DNA of 64,000 nucleotides from Octopus sinensis (taxonomy: Eukaryota): positions 151,714,001-151,778,000 of the forward strand of contig NC_042998.1 in NCBI RefSeq assembly GCF_006345805.1, read 5' to 3'. Below, in pieces: positions 26,963 through 40,550 of this stretch; position 1 is the first letter of the stretch; each line of letters starts with the position of its first letter. The position numbers and the translations under genes are program-made. The notes beneath the pieces were generated by a model, which worked only from the letters and a program-made list of their open reading frames with translations, was not told the origin of the DNA and made no database searches.

Positions 26963-28013
26963 TGTACGTACGTACGTATGTATATATGTATGAATGTATG
27001 TATATATGTATGTAAGTATGCATGTATTATACATGTATGTTTGCCTGCCTGTCATTTTGTTTGTCTGCCTGTATATATATGTGTATATGTAAGTAAATAT
27101 GCACGCATGGAAGCATGTATATCTGCGCTTGTCTGTATCTCTGCATATTACTATATATTGTATATGTACACGTTTGTTTGTATGTATAGAAGAAATTGTA
27201 ATTTAAGATAACTTGAATTCTAAAGTGTGTGGATTCACACATGATCACGTGTGTCAGCCTTTCCTCTCAATTGTTGTCGTTGTTGTGATCATAAAGTTAA
27301 TAACATTATAAAGCTGTTACTAACATGAGGAGATACCTAGACAAGTGCGAATGTACATACACTACACATACATACATACATACATACATACATACATACA
27401 CACACACACCCATATATGCATATATACATATATACATACAGACACCCCATCCCCACCCACTACCCCATCCCCACCCACTACCCCCAAATATATATACATA
27501 TATACATATATATATATATGTATAAGTGGGAGTATATATGAATGTATGTAACTATACAGTTATGAATAAATACAGCATACATATATATACACACGCACAC
27601 ACACATATATGCATCTGTGTATGTGTGTGTGCGTGTGTGTACATCTGTGTGTGCGTGTGTGTATGTGTGTGTGCGTGTGTGTATGTGTGTGTGTGAATAA
27701 TCTGAAAGCTACTGAACATAAATAGTCAGAGAACAAACAGTGTATTTTTAACTACAATAAACAGACCAATTCTTAGACTTATACAAGAACTCCAGTATGA
27801 AATATTTTCAAACAATAATATGAAAACTTCGAAAGTCAGAGTAAACAAGGAGTTCAAAGATAAAACAAATAAATAAAAAAAATATATTCACTTTTCTAAC
27901 AAATATATTATTATTTATAATAACCTTGGAGTACATAAAATAACTTTCTCTTAAATTTAGTATTTGAACAAACACATCTCTCATATACATACATACATAC
28001 ATACATACATACA

Positions 28014-28049
<36 letters not shown>

Positions 28050-28080
28050 TATACATACATACATACATATATACATACAT

Positions 28081-29080
28081 AGAGATATCCCAGAATACAA
28101 ACAGAGATATCCCAGAATTACAAGGTGGTCTATATAGGGATGATGCTTTGTTTGTTGTACTTAGCAATAATAAAGTATTGAGAGGATAAAAAAGAAAATT
28201 AGCAAATTTTTCAAAGATTTTAACCTAGGCATTACTTATGAACCTAACACTAAGATAGTCAATTTCCTAGACGTTACCTTAGACCTAAATTCAAAGTTAC
28301 ATTACCCATTTAGAAAAGAGGGCGAAGTCACTAGATATGTAAGTAAGTCATCTAATCACCCCCCGAATATACTAAAATTATTAGTTAAAATATTTCTCAA
28401 AGAATTTCAAAATTATCATCAAATAGTGAAATCTTTAACTCTCACTCTAACCATTACAATATCGCATTATCCAAGGCTGGATATGACCAGGAAATCACCT
28501 TCCTTGATATGGATAGCTCAAATCTCCTAAATAATATAGTGAATGTAAATGACGTAAGTAATATAAACTCTCATACCCTACATAAACATAAATTAATAGA
28601 GAAAAAGAACCTAGAGTATAAACCTAATTATAGGAATAAAAATAGTGAACAGATCATAAATACATATGAAAATGCTAACCTAGATAAACCCGATAGGCAT
28701 AAAAATAGTACTAAAAGGAATAATAATTCTCGTACGAATACTGATAACACTAATCCTTCCCACTGTTACTTAAACAAAAAATATAAAAGAGAAAATATCA
28801 TTTGGCTAAATATCCCCTTTAATTGAGCGATCTCGACGAATGTGTACAGTAGATTTAAATCTATACTGGAAAAAATTTCCCAGCCTCCCATAAATATCAT
28901 AAAATAATTTCTAGGAGATCAGTAAGAATTTCATATTCCACTCTCCCAAACATGGCTACCATAATAGCTAGACTTAATAGTAAAAACATTAAGTTAGCCA
29001 GGAGTAGAATGAATAGTAACAACAATGATAGTAATAATAATTGTAATAATAGCATTAACAACAACAACAACAACAACAAC

Positions 29081-29132
<52 letters not shown>

Positions 29133-30536
29133 GTAATAATAAAAATAATATTAATGATGATGACAATAATAATAATAATAACAACATTCATGTAAATAGT
29201 GATAATAACAATACCAATAATATCGGTAGTATAGATAAAAGTATGGTAGATGATGATGGTGAGGATGGATTAATAACTAGTAACCCTAATTTACATAACA
29301 ACGTGATTACTAATAATGAAAGTAATACTAATACTAATAATAATTTAAATAACAGTAATGTAAGTGAACTGTCCTTAAATAATTTCAGTACCGGACACTA
29401 TCCCCCCAGTTGTAATTGTAGAATTAGATCAAAATGTCCGGTATCTGGTCGTTGTTCGGTCCAAAACGTAATTTATAAATGCACGATAATAACTTCTAGC
29501 AATAGCTTTCTTTATTTTGGATGTTCGGTGGATCTTAAAAGACGTCTTAACAATCATTTTTCCTCTTTTATGCTCAAACATAAGGCAGGTTGCACAACAC
29601 TATCTAGCAAAATTTGGGAACTAAAAACACATAATATAGAATTCAAAATGGAATATATTTAGAAGGGCACAACCTTATAGAAATAGTAGGGATGGTTGTC
29701 AACTTTGTTCTATGGAAACTTATGAAATTTTAAAACATCAGAGTAATACAAATCTGTTGAATAACCGTCTGAAGTTGGGAGAATCTTGCATACATTGCAC
29801 AACCCGAACGTTTAAATACTTTAAATAATAATTTTGTGAGTATTCCTATATTTCTCAAATTTTAATTCTTTATAATCAAATAAGAAAAAATATACTATAC
29901 TAGCTTTCAATTTAACATTCATAGATGACTAAAAAAACTTCACTGCAAACTTGAAATTGGAATTTTTTTCTAAATTTAATCTAGCTTTAAAATTAATAAG
30001 GCTTTCCCCCAGTTCAAAAATACTATGCCTACTCATAATAATAATTGATAGGTTTTTTCCCCTTTTTTTCTCTAAATTACACTCTCTGTGAATGGGATTA
30101 GGACCATTTGACATTGACCTAGTTTCTCTCACCAAATAGCAGTAATTGGCATTTATTAGTGGCAATTACTGTCTTCAACATGAATTCTTTTTATGGAATT
30201 CTGAAACCTTCTTTACACCATCCTCTACAATTAAAAAAATCTTTATTGCTTCTAACCTTACAGCAGTTAGGAACAGCCATATCTTAGTCAGTCAGTGGAA
30301 GGACTTCACTACCTCATATGTTCTTAAAATTTAAATCCACATCTTTGTCTGTATATCTACCTTCTCTATAATGTTGCCACTTGATTTGAACATTTTTGTA
30401 TTAATGGAAAACCTCTATAATTGGCTGATGAGTACTCAGCATCTTAAATATGTTGTAATACTTACAACATTTAATAAAATGATGTAGTATGAAACGTTCG
30501 TACCAAATTACCGGAGTCATTCTTGTAGCTTATTTT

Positions 30537-30540
<4 letters not shown>
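28081..30540 (+). mobile_element. Penelope-like element (RT C-half, Asn-rich linker, GIY-YIG, 3' pLTR)
   Basis: [56 protein letters not shown]...YFGC...RLNNH and TLSSKIWELK; stops and frameshifts; ends in (TA)n. Confidence 0.9.
30421..30506 (+). ncRNA. Type I hammerhead ribozyme in PLE 3' pLTR
   Basis: ttgg-CTGATGA-gtact...agtat-GAAA-cgttcg-TA-ccaa. Confidence 0.75.
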
Positions 30541-30589
<49 letters not shown>

Positions 30590-30593
<4 letters not shown>

Positions 30594-32245
30594 CAAAACA
30601 ATTAAGATTCAAGTGAATTCCAATGAATTCAAATGAATATGGTACTTAACTTAGATGCACCAGAATTCTTCATGGTATTAACCATAAAATAATGTGGGGT
30701 GATTATAACCAAGAAAAAAGCAACAAGAATGGATTAGTAGTTTAGTACAATTGTTTCATACTAAGAGCTGATCACTTTCATACTGATTGCTTATTCTTTG
30801 TTTAAAGAATTTGCTATCTGGGTTGTACTATAAAATTTAAACAAAGAATAAGCAATCATCTCTCCTCTTTTAAGTTACGTCATAAAGCTAGCTGTACCAC
30901 ACTTTCCAGTAAGATCTGGGAACTCAAAACTAATAATATTAAATATAACCTAAAATGAGAAATAGTTAGAAAGGCAATGCCTTATAAAAATAATAGGGTA
31001 GGTTAGGTTACCAACTCTGCTCCATGGAGGCATATGAAATTCTAAAACATAGAAATAATAAAGACCTATTGAATAACCGTATAGAGTTAGGTCCGTCTTG
31101 CATTCATTCAAAAATCAAAACTCTAAAATATTTTAAATAGAAATCGTATAGAATAACCGTATTTAGCTAGGTCGGTCTGGTATTCACTTAAAAATCAAAA
31201 CTCTAAAATATTTTAAATTGAAACCTGTAGACTCTTCCACTGGTGTTCCTTCTTTCTAACTGTAGAATTTGTACGGTGCTAATTTAATTTAATTGTCTAT
31301 ATAGTCAATTTGATTAACCTAACTTAAATCATATAAATTTTGCTAATATTCCCTAATTCTAAATTTAATAAATAATACTATTCCCTTAAAGATACAAGTA
31401 ATTTCTCTATATACTGTGAAAAAGAAAAATTCTCCCACCATTTACTATTGAACTTAATTTGACCTCTAGATGTTGACCAAAATTCTTTCTTACAATATAT
31501 ACATATGTCAAAATAGAAACAATAATAAATAAAAAACCTTCTATTCTAGTGTTACCCTTAACTTTCTTATTGTACCTTCCTCTACTGATAGCCTTTGACC
31601 CCTTTAATGTCTTCCTTTGTTCTCTCTGTATTCTTTTTCCTACCACTAACTCTGTGATGGTCTCAGTTCCTGGCAGGTGGTGGTCAAACTTAATATTCCT
31701 TTATAAATCTAAAATTCTTTCAACACTGACCTAGATTTTCTGTCACCACAGAAATAAACTAACCTTTGTCTATGGTGTATTTATGTCTTCTTACTCCTCT
31801 ACTCCTTTCCTCCCATTATGTCCTTTATTTGGGCTTACTACTACAACCAAATTCTGTTTACAACAACTTAGTTGTGAAATGAACCGGCGTGTGACCAGCA
31901 ACTTTCCTCGTGTCTCCGGAAATTATACCTACATTTTTATGGATGGATTCACCTTCTCTGAGAAGTTAACAATCTTTTTAAAAACTCTTTATAAAACTGT
32001 GCATCATTAGAAAACATTTTAAGTCTGCTTATAATTTGACTGTAAATTTCATAGAACTCACTCCTAATACTTCATGAGGATAATCAAACCCTCTAGGATG
32101 TCTGGAAAAGATATATGTGATTTAGCTGATGAATACTGGACATTTGTATTTGCTGCAATATTTGTAGCTTCAAATAAAATTGCTCTTAGTATGAAACAAT
32201 TGTACTAAACTACTAATCCATTCTTGTTGCTTTTTTCTTGGTTAT
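30590..32245 (+). mobile_element. Second 5'-truncated PLE: inverted partial pLTR, GIY-YIG tail, 3' pLTR
   Basis: 30590-30780 contains the reverse complement of pLTR sequence at 32181-32245; TTLSSKIWELK...QLCSMEAYEILKH at 30885-31060; (TA)n on both flanks. Confidence 0.85.
32121..32209 (+). ncRNA. Type I hammerhead ribozyme in PLE 3' pLTR
   Basis: tttag-CTGATGA-atact...agtat-GAAA-caattg-TA-ctaaa; all three helices pair perfectly; helix III is palindromic. Confidence 0.85.
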
Positions 32246-32336
32246 ATATATATATATATATATATATACATGTGTGTATATAAGCAAGAATGTCTCTCCC
32301 CTCTCTCTCTCTCTTCTCTCTCTCACTCTTTCTCTG

Positions 32337-32371
<35 letters not shown>

Positions 32372-32699
32372 CTAGACGGACACATGACAGAAGTCAACTA
32401 GTGACCGAGTACGACCACTTCTTAAACTCAAACCCAAGCAGTTCCTCTGCATCAATTTGTTTTGAATGGATAAAAGGTTGCACCTCACTGAAGAAAGTTT
32501 TATATATCCTGTGTTACAACAGAGGTTGAGACCACCAGAAATTATCTACACTTCAGGTTTCTCTTCTTTTTAATACGATTTTACCTTCTCCAAGAAGGAA
32601 GTTTCAACGAAAACTAGATGTCTCAAGGATACATACATACGTACATAAATACAAATATACATATACATACATACACACATATTTAAAAAGAACGGACCA

Positions 32700-33030
32700 A
32701 TTCACTGAGAAGATTGTGCGTGGGTACGTGGCACAAAAGAAACAAACCATAGAAGGAATTAATCATATCAACGCCTGGTATGGAGTACCGGCAAATTCAT
32801 GACATTCCACTTCGAAAATGCCCCCATGCAATTCAAGATCAAGAAATTACCACCAAGTACCTGCACCATAAGAAGCCGAAAGCATCGATAGACAACAAAT
32901 GTAGGCTGTACAAGACCAATGCTAACGACATCAGCCACATTATTACCAACTGCGACAGAATGTCTTTCAGATATTATCTTCCCATTAGGTATGATGCCAT
33001 GGACAAAACAATCTTACATGATAACTGACA
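32700..33030 (+). mobile_element. RLE-type LINE fragment (zinc-knuckle region)
   Basis: AIQDQEITTKYL...KCRLYKTNANDISHIITNC.RMSFRYYLPIRYD (ORF 32780..33028). Confidence 0.7.
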
Positions 33031-34149
33031 GGTAGTAGATACTGCTCAACAAGCCAAGTGCCTAGGTAATAGTCTAAATTGTTCCGAACTTTGGCATGAC
33101 ATATGCAACAGATAACTGGTTGGAATCCCGTGAGTGGTTTTACTCAGTACATACATGTGTGAGATGTGTGTGGTGAAAGAAATGTGCGTTTGTAAAGTAG
33201 ACTACTTCCGCATAGATAAAGGTTTCAACCGGTTCTTATAAAATATAATTGAATATTCGATAAAGAAAAAGGGATGTGATGCTTTTGATTAGTTTGCATA
33301 GTTAGGGCAGAGTTTGGGCGAATCAAGAGCACACAAAAATATGCACTCATACACATTCACACACACTCTCACACATACACACTAACACACACACTAATAC
33401 AGGCACACACACGCACATAAAATCACATGCGCATATGCACTTGCGCTGCTGCGCATTAACACACAAATTCATATACATATCTGAAAAATGTTTATATAAG
33501 GGTGTTTATGTATTTATGTCTGTGTGTGTATTTGTGTTCAGGTAAAACTCGTTTCTATTGCACGCTACAGACACGCATGCACACGCACACACACACACAC
33601 ACACACACATATGCACACTTATATACACCTCATGCATATGAGCTTGTATACATGTATGTGTGTAGCTGAACATGTGTGAGTATCTGCATGAATATGTGTA
33701 TATGTGCGAAAGAACCTACACCGAGTTATATAAATAGGTTAACAGACTGCAAAGAGAAAAGAAAGAAAGAAAGAAAAGAGAAGAGAAACAGGGAAAATGA
33801 ACGAGAGAGAGAAAACGAGAGAGGGGAAAAGAGAGAGGGAGTGAAAGCGGTAAAAAGAAAGGTATAGAGAAACGAGAAAGGTACAGCATAAAGGCACAAA
33901 GACAGAGCGGAAGTAATAAATAAATGTTCAGATATCATCATATGTCATAACGAGCGGAAATGATGAGAGAGGAAGTGGATACAGAATTTGGTTGACATAC
34001 GTAATATATACATTCATAACTATAATGTCTCTATACATGTTTATTTTGTGAATAGATATATCTATAAATATGTAATTTGTTTATATAGACATAAATTTAT
34101 TAGTGTCTCCTGCTAGTGGTTGTCCTGTTAGGTTAACTTTATCTAAATC

Positions 34150-34560
34150 AGATAAAGATTAATTGGTGATACCATAACGACCAACTGCTCCTGGAAAGGA
34201 AGGAACCATCAGCTGTTTTCGAATACAACCCTATCGATACACACAAATAAACACAGGTGAGATTTGTGAAGTTAGCTTTGCACCACGTTGTACCAAATTA
34301 ATCGTACTACCTACCACCCTCGACAAGCGTCTTCTACCAACTATTCTGCCTTTGTGTCTGTGCACACCTTTGAATTCAGTGTATGCCAGAAGGTTTGCAA
34401 ATCCAACGGAGGCCTCAAAAGATATTTTAAGATCCACAATGATCAGAACTTATCTGTAGCTCTTGGTGGTTCAAATCAGAGGTGCAATCTATGTGGGTGT
34501 CTTTTCAGAACATTGTCTGGTTTAAAAAGCCACATCAGATGACATGACGGTGCTAAGGTG
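34150..34560 (+). mobile_element. Probable RTE-type LINE 3' fragment with two C2H2-like fingers
   Basis: VCQKVCKSNGGLKRYFKIH and CNLCGCLFRTLSGLKSHIR (ORF 34288..34542); the C-x2-C...S-x2-GL-x2-H pattern is typical of RTE C-termini. Confidence 0.5.
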
Positions 34561-34604
34561 TACGTACAGAAGGTGGTCAAACTCTGCATAAGAAGACAAC
34601 AACC

Positions 34605-34645
<41 letters not shown>

Positions 34646-34657
34646 CATACACACACA

Positions 34658-34724
<67 letters not shown>

Positions 34725-35371
34725 GTGTGTGTTGTGTGTGTGCACGTGTGATATATGTTCGCGCGTGCGTAGTTTTCAATGTGCTTCTGTTTAGATATGT
34801 GTATGTATGTTTCTATTTATAAATGTCTATGTGTGTCTAAATTGTGTACGTCTCTTTATGCTTCGTATCATAGCGGTTGGAGGTTGGACGAAGTTTCAAA
34901 GACTGATCATTTCAAGTTTCTTGCCGTTCTATAATTGAACATATACAGCAAAAAATGTTTGCATATCATAGCGCATGCTAGTTACTATACATGCCATAAC
35001 TAAAGAACAGTATTCCCTAAAAAATAATGCCAATCTGTAAACTGGAAGTTGCCAGAACTTCAGACACTGAAGTAAACATGGAAAATAATTGTACAAAGTG
35101 ATGTGATAGGCAGGGAACATGAGAAAACAAACGGGAAAATATAGGGGCACTTTATAATATACGTGAACAATAAGAAGACAAGGGAAATAATAGGTGAGGA
35201 TTCTTTTAAACTCTTTAAAAAACAGGTTGATAAAAATGGAGGTAAAACATTCTTATATTATATCAGTTACTATAGATTTATCTGCTTCAATTTAGTAGGA
35301 ATGCTGCTGGAAAGAACCGTCTGAATTCCCAGAATTCCTTTAATTTTGCAATATCTAAATACACTCTAAAA

Positions 35372-35570
35372 TGGCGAGCTGGTATATCGTTAGCACATCG
35401 GGCAAAACGATTAGCAGCACTTCGTCTATCTTCACTTTCTTAGTTCAAATTCCGCTGGGGTCGACTTTACCTTTCGTCCTTCCGGGGTCGATAAAATAAG
35501 CGCCAGTTGAGCATTGTAGTTGGTGTAATCGAGTAACCCACCCAAAACTTCAGACCCCGTGTTTATAGCA
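35372..35570 (+). mobile_element. tRNA-derived SINE (second family)
   Basis: Collinear with 21125-21320; B-box-like tagttcaaattcc. Confidence 0.7.
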
Positions 35571-35596
35571 GAAAGTGTATGTATGTATGTATGTAA

Positions 35597-35690
<94 letters not shown>

Positions 35691-35784
35691 ATATGTATGT
35701 ATGTATGTCGCCATGTTGATTCGTTAGCTACTGCACGCATTTTTTTTTTCTCTCCTTCTTTCTGTGTTTTTCTCTCTCTGTGTA

Positions 35785-35822
35785 TCTTTCTGTTGAAGAG
35801 CGTAGGCTCGAAACGTTAAAGA
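35785..35822 (+). ncRNA. Minimal hammerhead-like motif, core A6 mutated
   Basis: tcttt-CTGTTGA-a-gagc-gtag-gctc-GAAA-cg-TT-aaaga. Confidence 0.4.
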
Positions 35823-35972
35823 CTTGTTTTATTTATATTTCCTGAGCGCCATACTAATACAATTGTTCGTTTGTTTTCCACCTGCCTTCGTCTTTTGTTT
35901 ATTTTCATAAAGCTTCCCGTTATGTATGTATGTATGTATGTATGTATGTATGTATGTATGTATGTATGTGTG

Positions 35973-36037
<65 letters not shown>

Positions 36038-36120
36038 GTATTTATGTATGTGTATATGCCGATTTAATAAGAGTTTTGACTGTTATTTCAAGCAGGTTGA
36101 CATACCTAATATGTCCTTTG

Positions 36121-36152
<32 letters not shown>

Positions 36153-36215
36153 ATGGCGGTGCCCCAGCATGGCCACAGCTCATTGGCTGAAACTGGAAAA
36201 ATCAAAAAATCAAAT

Positions 36216-36297
<82 letters not shown>

Positions 36298-36393
36298 TAA
36301 TCCAAACATGAAAGCACAAAAAAACACAACAACGCGAGGACGTGGAACAAATATAATATTATTGCACGCTCAGGAAAGAAGGAAAGAAGGAGG

Positions 36394-36428
36394 GTTTAAC
36401 GTTTCGAGCGGAGCTCTTCGTCGGAAAC
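36394..36428 (-). ncRNA. Minimal hammerhead-like motif with variant core (CCGACGA)
   Basis: Minus: gttt-CCGACGA-a-gagc-tcc-gctc-GAAA-cg-TT-aaac; helix I gttt/aaac is perfect. Confidence 0.45.
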
Positions 36429-36645
36429 ATAGGAGAAGGAAAGATCCAGAGAAGGGAAGACAGAGGGAAAAAAATCGCCAACGGTACACACGAGGTCAAA
36501 GCTTTAAATTTTTGGTGGATGCTCAACTGTTACTTATTTTATCAACTCCAAAAGGATAACAGGCAAGAGTTTGAATGAGAACGTAAAGCCGGAAGAAATG
36601 CTGCTAAGCATTTTGTGTGGAGTGCTAACGAATCAGTCAGCTTCG

Positions 36646-36682
<37 letters not shown>

Positions 36683-36804
36683 GGTCCCGGGTTGATTCGG
36701 GGTTAACCACAGTAAATAAGGTACTCAATACATTTCTTGAATGAAACAGTTCTAGTCCTGTAGAAGCTCCTTCTATATAATAAATATATATATATATATA
36801 TATC

Positions 36805-36837
<33 letters not shown>

Positions 36838-37465
36838 GTGTGTGTGTTGTATGCGTATGTGCATCCATTTATGCTACATAATCTAAGAAATGTCTGTCCT
36901 CCCGACAAAAGAAGGATCATGCTATAGCATTCTTTACTCACTCCAGCTTGACTCTATGCACCCTCCCATCAGCACCACAATAACCACAGCCACCCAATAA
37001 CCAGTACCACCACAATCACCAAAAACTGATGTCGATTTAGTTTATTATGATTACCTCCTTTCATAACACCACTTGCGGAGCAAATATTGAAAAATGATAT
37101 TTACTTTCTCCCGTTATGTTCTACAGTTGTATCCTGTCTTTCTTCCAAATGTGGTCCCATTTGATAAGTACCAGTCATGCACTGGGACGGATTTAATCGA
37201 TACTAGTAGTTATGCTGATTTAATCGAACTTAGAGTCAGTGTGACTTTGTGTTGAATATACCAATAAATCAGGAAGTTCCATTATTCTAAAGTTTTCCAA
37301 AAGTCTGCAAAAGAAATACAGCCCCTCCCCTTCGTCAGTGTCTTCCAGAGTTGCAGAGGAACCTGGGTGGGAGAGACAAAAAGACTAAACCACGAAGTAG
37401 TTGAACAAATTTTCTAGACGTTTCTGCAATGTAACATGTACAAGACATTTGATGTACAACGATGT

Positions 37466-37527
<62 letters not shown>

Positions 37528-38675
37528 CACACACACACACACGCACGTACAGATACGAACACACAAACGCATATAAAGACTGAAAGCGTGAATGAGAGAG
37601 AAAAGACAAAGAGGAAATAACCAGTTACCATGGACATTTATATAAGTTGTTTTACTTCTTGTATTTTTTTAACTACTTCCAATGAAACACGTGCTAGATT
37701 CGAAGAAACAAAGTTCCATCCTTGAAATTTAAATAAAAGCAACAGTAGAAATGCATTTACCGAACTTTAGAAATTCTTCTGTATTTTCAATGTTCCATAC
37801 ATTTAATTAGCAGAAGATTCAAGAAGAGTGGTTTTTTTTGCCTGAAAATCTTAGTTCATTTAGATTATTTCTTAAAGAACTTTCTAACTTAAGCAATTGG
37901 CCGGTGACTACACCTATAAATGTATTTATATATCAATGATTGCAGGTATAAATATAAAACAGGTAAATTATAAAGTTATAAACTGCAGGCTTCACAGCAG
38001 TTATCCATATGCGAACCGTTTGTTCCTGCTTTTTGATAACCATATTCACAGAAACTGGCCGCTAAACCAGAAAATAATTTCTGCTTTGTGTCTTAAGCAA
38101 TTACGCCATGTCTATTTTGTGTAGAATTTATAGCGGGAATTTATTGGGGAAATATATCTGTTAAGTTCCAGTCTTGGTGTACACACATAGACCCAGCATG
38201 GTAACTTCACGAATGTATTCACCCTCTCCCTTTCTGTTTGACTGTCTGTCTCTCTCTCTCTCTCTCTCTTATTCTCTCTCTCTCTCTCTCTCTCCCTCTC
38301 TCTCTAGCGGAGCTCATGTAATCACATCGCATCACAATTGTTTTATTGTTCTTTTACGTTTCATTATGTATGTATGTATGTATGTATGTATGTATGTATG
38401 TATGTATGTATGTATGTATGTATGTATGTATGTATGTATGTATGTATGTATGTATATTTGTTTGTATGTATGTATATACGTTGCTATGTATGCAAATATA
38501 TATGTATGAAAGGTTGTAGCAAAAACCATCTGATTAGGCATGGTCTCACTGGTTTACGAACCCTCAGGCTTTGTGGCTTTGGGAGTTCTCAACATTGATA
38601 TTGTAAGACTTACATATTCAAGTGCTCCCATATTGGCCAAAGTATATCTAAGTTCATACATCCTTATACACATAC

Positions 38676-38735
<60 letters not shown>

Positions 38736-38769
38736 TAAATATATATGCGTGTGTATATATATATATTCA

Positions 38770-39450
38770 GCAAAATTTAGATTCAAATGAATATGGTACT
38801 TAAGTCAGGTGCACCAGAATTTTGTACGGTGTTACCCATATAAATCCATGGGGTGATAATAATCAAAATAAGCAGCAAGAATATCTTCGGTAATTTGGTA
38901 CAATCGTTTCACGCTACATCATTTTATTAAACATTGTAAGTATTACTACAGTGTTAAAATGTTGAACAATCATCAGCCATTTATAGAGGTTTTCCATCAA
39001 TACATATACTTATTTTCATGTTAATTGATAATATTATAAAGAGGGTAAATATATAGACAGAGATGTTGATTTGAATGTTAAGAACATTAAGGTATTAGAA
39101 TTTATCTTCTGACTGAAGAAATTTCTTTAAGTTATTTTGAACTGCTAGAAAGTGGGGAGGGATATTCTGATGAATGGAGACAAAAGAGATTTTCTATATA
39201 TAGACATAGATAGGGGTGAAATAAATTTAAGTCAGGTGCACCAGAATTTTGTACGGTGTTACCCATATAAAGCCATGGGGTGATTATAATCAAAATAAGC
39301 AACAAGAATATCTTCGGTAATTTGGTAGATCGTTTCACGCTACATCATTTTATTAAACATTGTAAGTATTACAACAGTTTTAAAATGTTGAGCAATCATC
39401 AGCCATTTATAGAGGTTTTCCATCAAGACAATACAACCCCCCTTCCACTT
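38770..39450 (-). mobile_element. Tandem solo PLE pLTRs (period ~426 bp), each with a degraded hammerhead
   Basis: Repeat of the pLTR seen at 30230-30540 and 54000-54480; hammerhead cores at 38896-38979 and 39323-39405. Confidence 0.8.
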
Positions 39451-39519
39451 TAATTTCTTTAGGAATAACCTCTGAAATTTATTTATATATATATATAATC
39501 TTATAAACTGCATTCTGTT

Positions 39520-39611
<92 letters not shown>

Positions 39612-39818
39612 TAGAATTCAATTTATAAGATTATATATAACTTTAAAACACTTTAAAACAAAAAGTTAGAAAAATTAAAATACAACCGACTACTTCTTTT
39701 AACGTATAGAATCTCCTGTCAGTAATTCCTCAGACAAACATTGAAAAATTAGAATTCCTATCCAGAAGTGAAACACGAGTAACATGGAATTGAAAAATAT
39801 ACCAAGTTTTTCCAGTTT

Positions 39819-39907
<89 letters not shown>

Positions 39908-40389
39908 ATCATGCCACAAACCCACTTTAATGCGCTGAACTTGCCCCGGTTAACCACTAGTACAGATTACACAGGAGGTAAGATAACAGCATCACAACTA
40001 AATGATCCTTTATATCCTAAACTTGCCATACAAATACCTTAACACACTTCACCAACACAACTATAACGACACATGTTATTTTCTACCCTGTATACTAAGC
40101 TACAATAAACACTTGGTAAAGAAATCTTCAGCCCTCCACGTAACACCAACCAAATATCATCAATGAATTCCCACATTAACGCTAATCTTAACGAAAATTA
40201 CACAGAAATACAGAAAGAAAAATGCCAAATATTTGTATCCGACATAAACCACCACCAACATTTCTTCTGCATCTATTACCACTATCTCTGTCAACACTAC
40301 CTAATGGATAATATAGGAAAAGAGGCATGATGGTCATAGTTAGAATGTCTAATCAACAGTAATAAGCTACACATTACACAAACGCATAA

Positions 40390-40550
40390 GGCACAGGCGT
40401 GGATATGTGGTAAGAAGTTTGCTTCCCTTCCACATGGTTCCGGGTTCAGTCCCACCGCGTAGCACTTTGGGCAAGTGTCTTCTGCTATTGCCTCGGGCTG
40501 ACCAAAACTTATGAGAGGATTCGATTGACGGAAACTGAAAGAAACCCGTT
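40390..40550 (+). mobile_element. 5' half of CORE-type SINE
   Basis: tRNA-like head (tgtggtaag; gggttcagtccc) plus ctttgggcaagtgtcttc. Confidence 0.8.
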
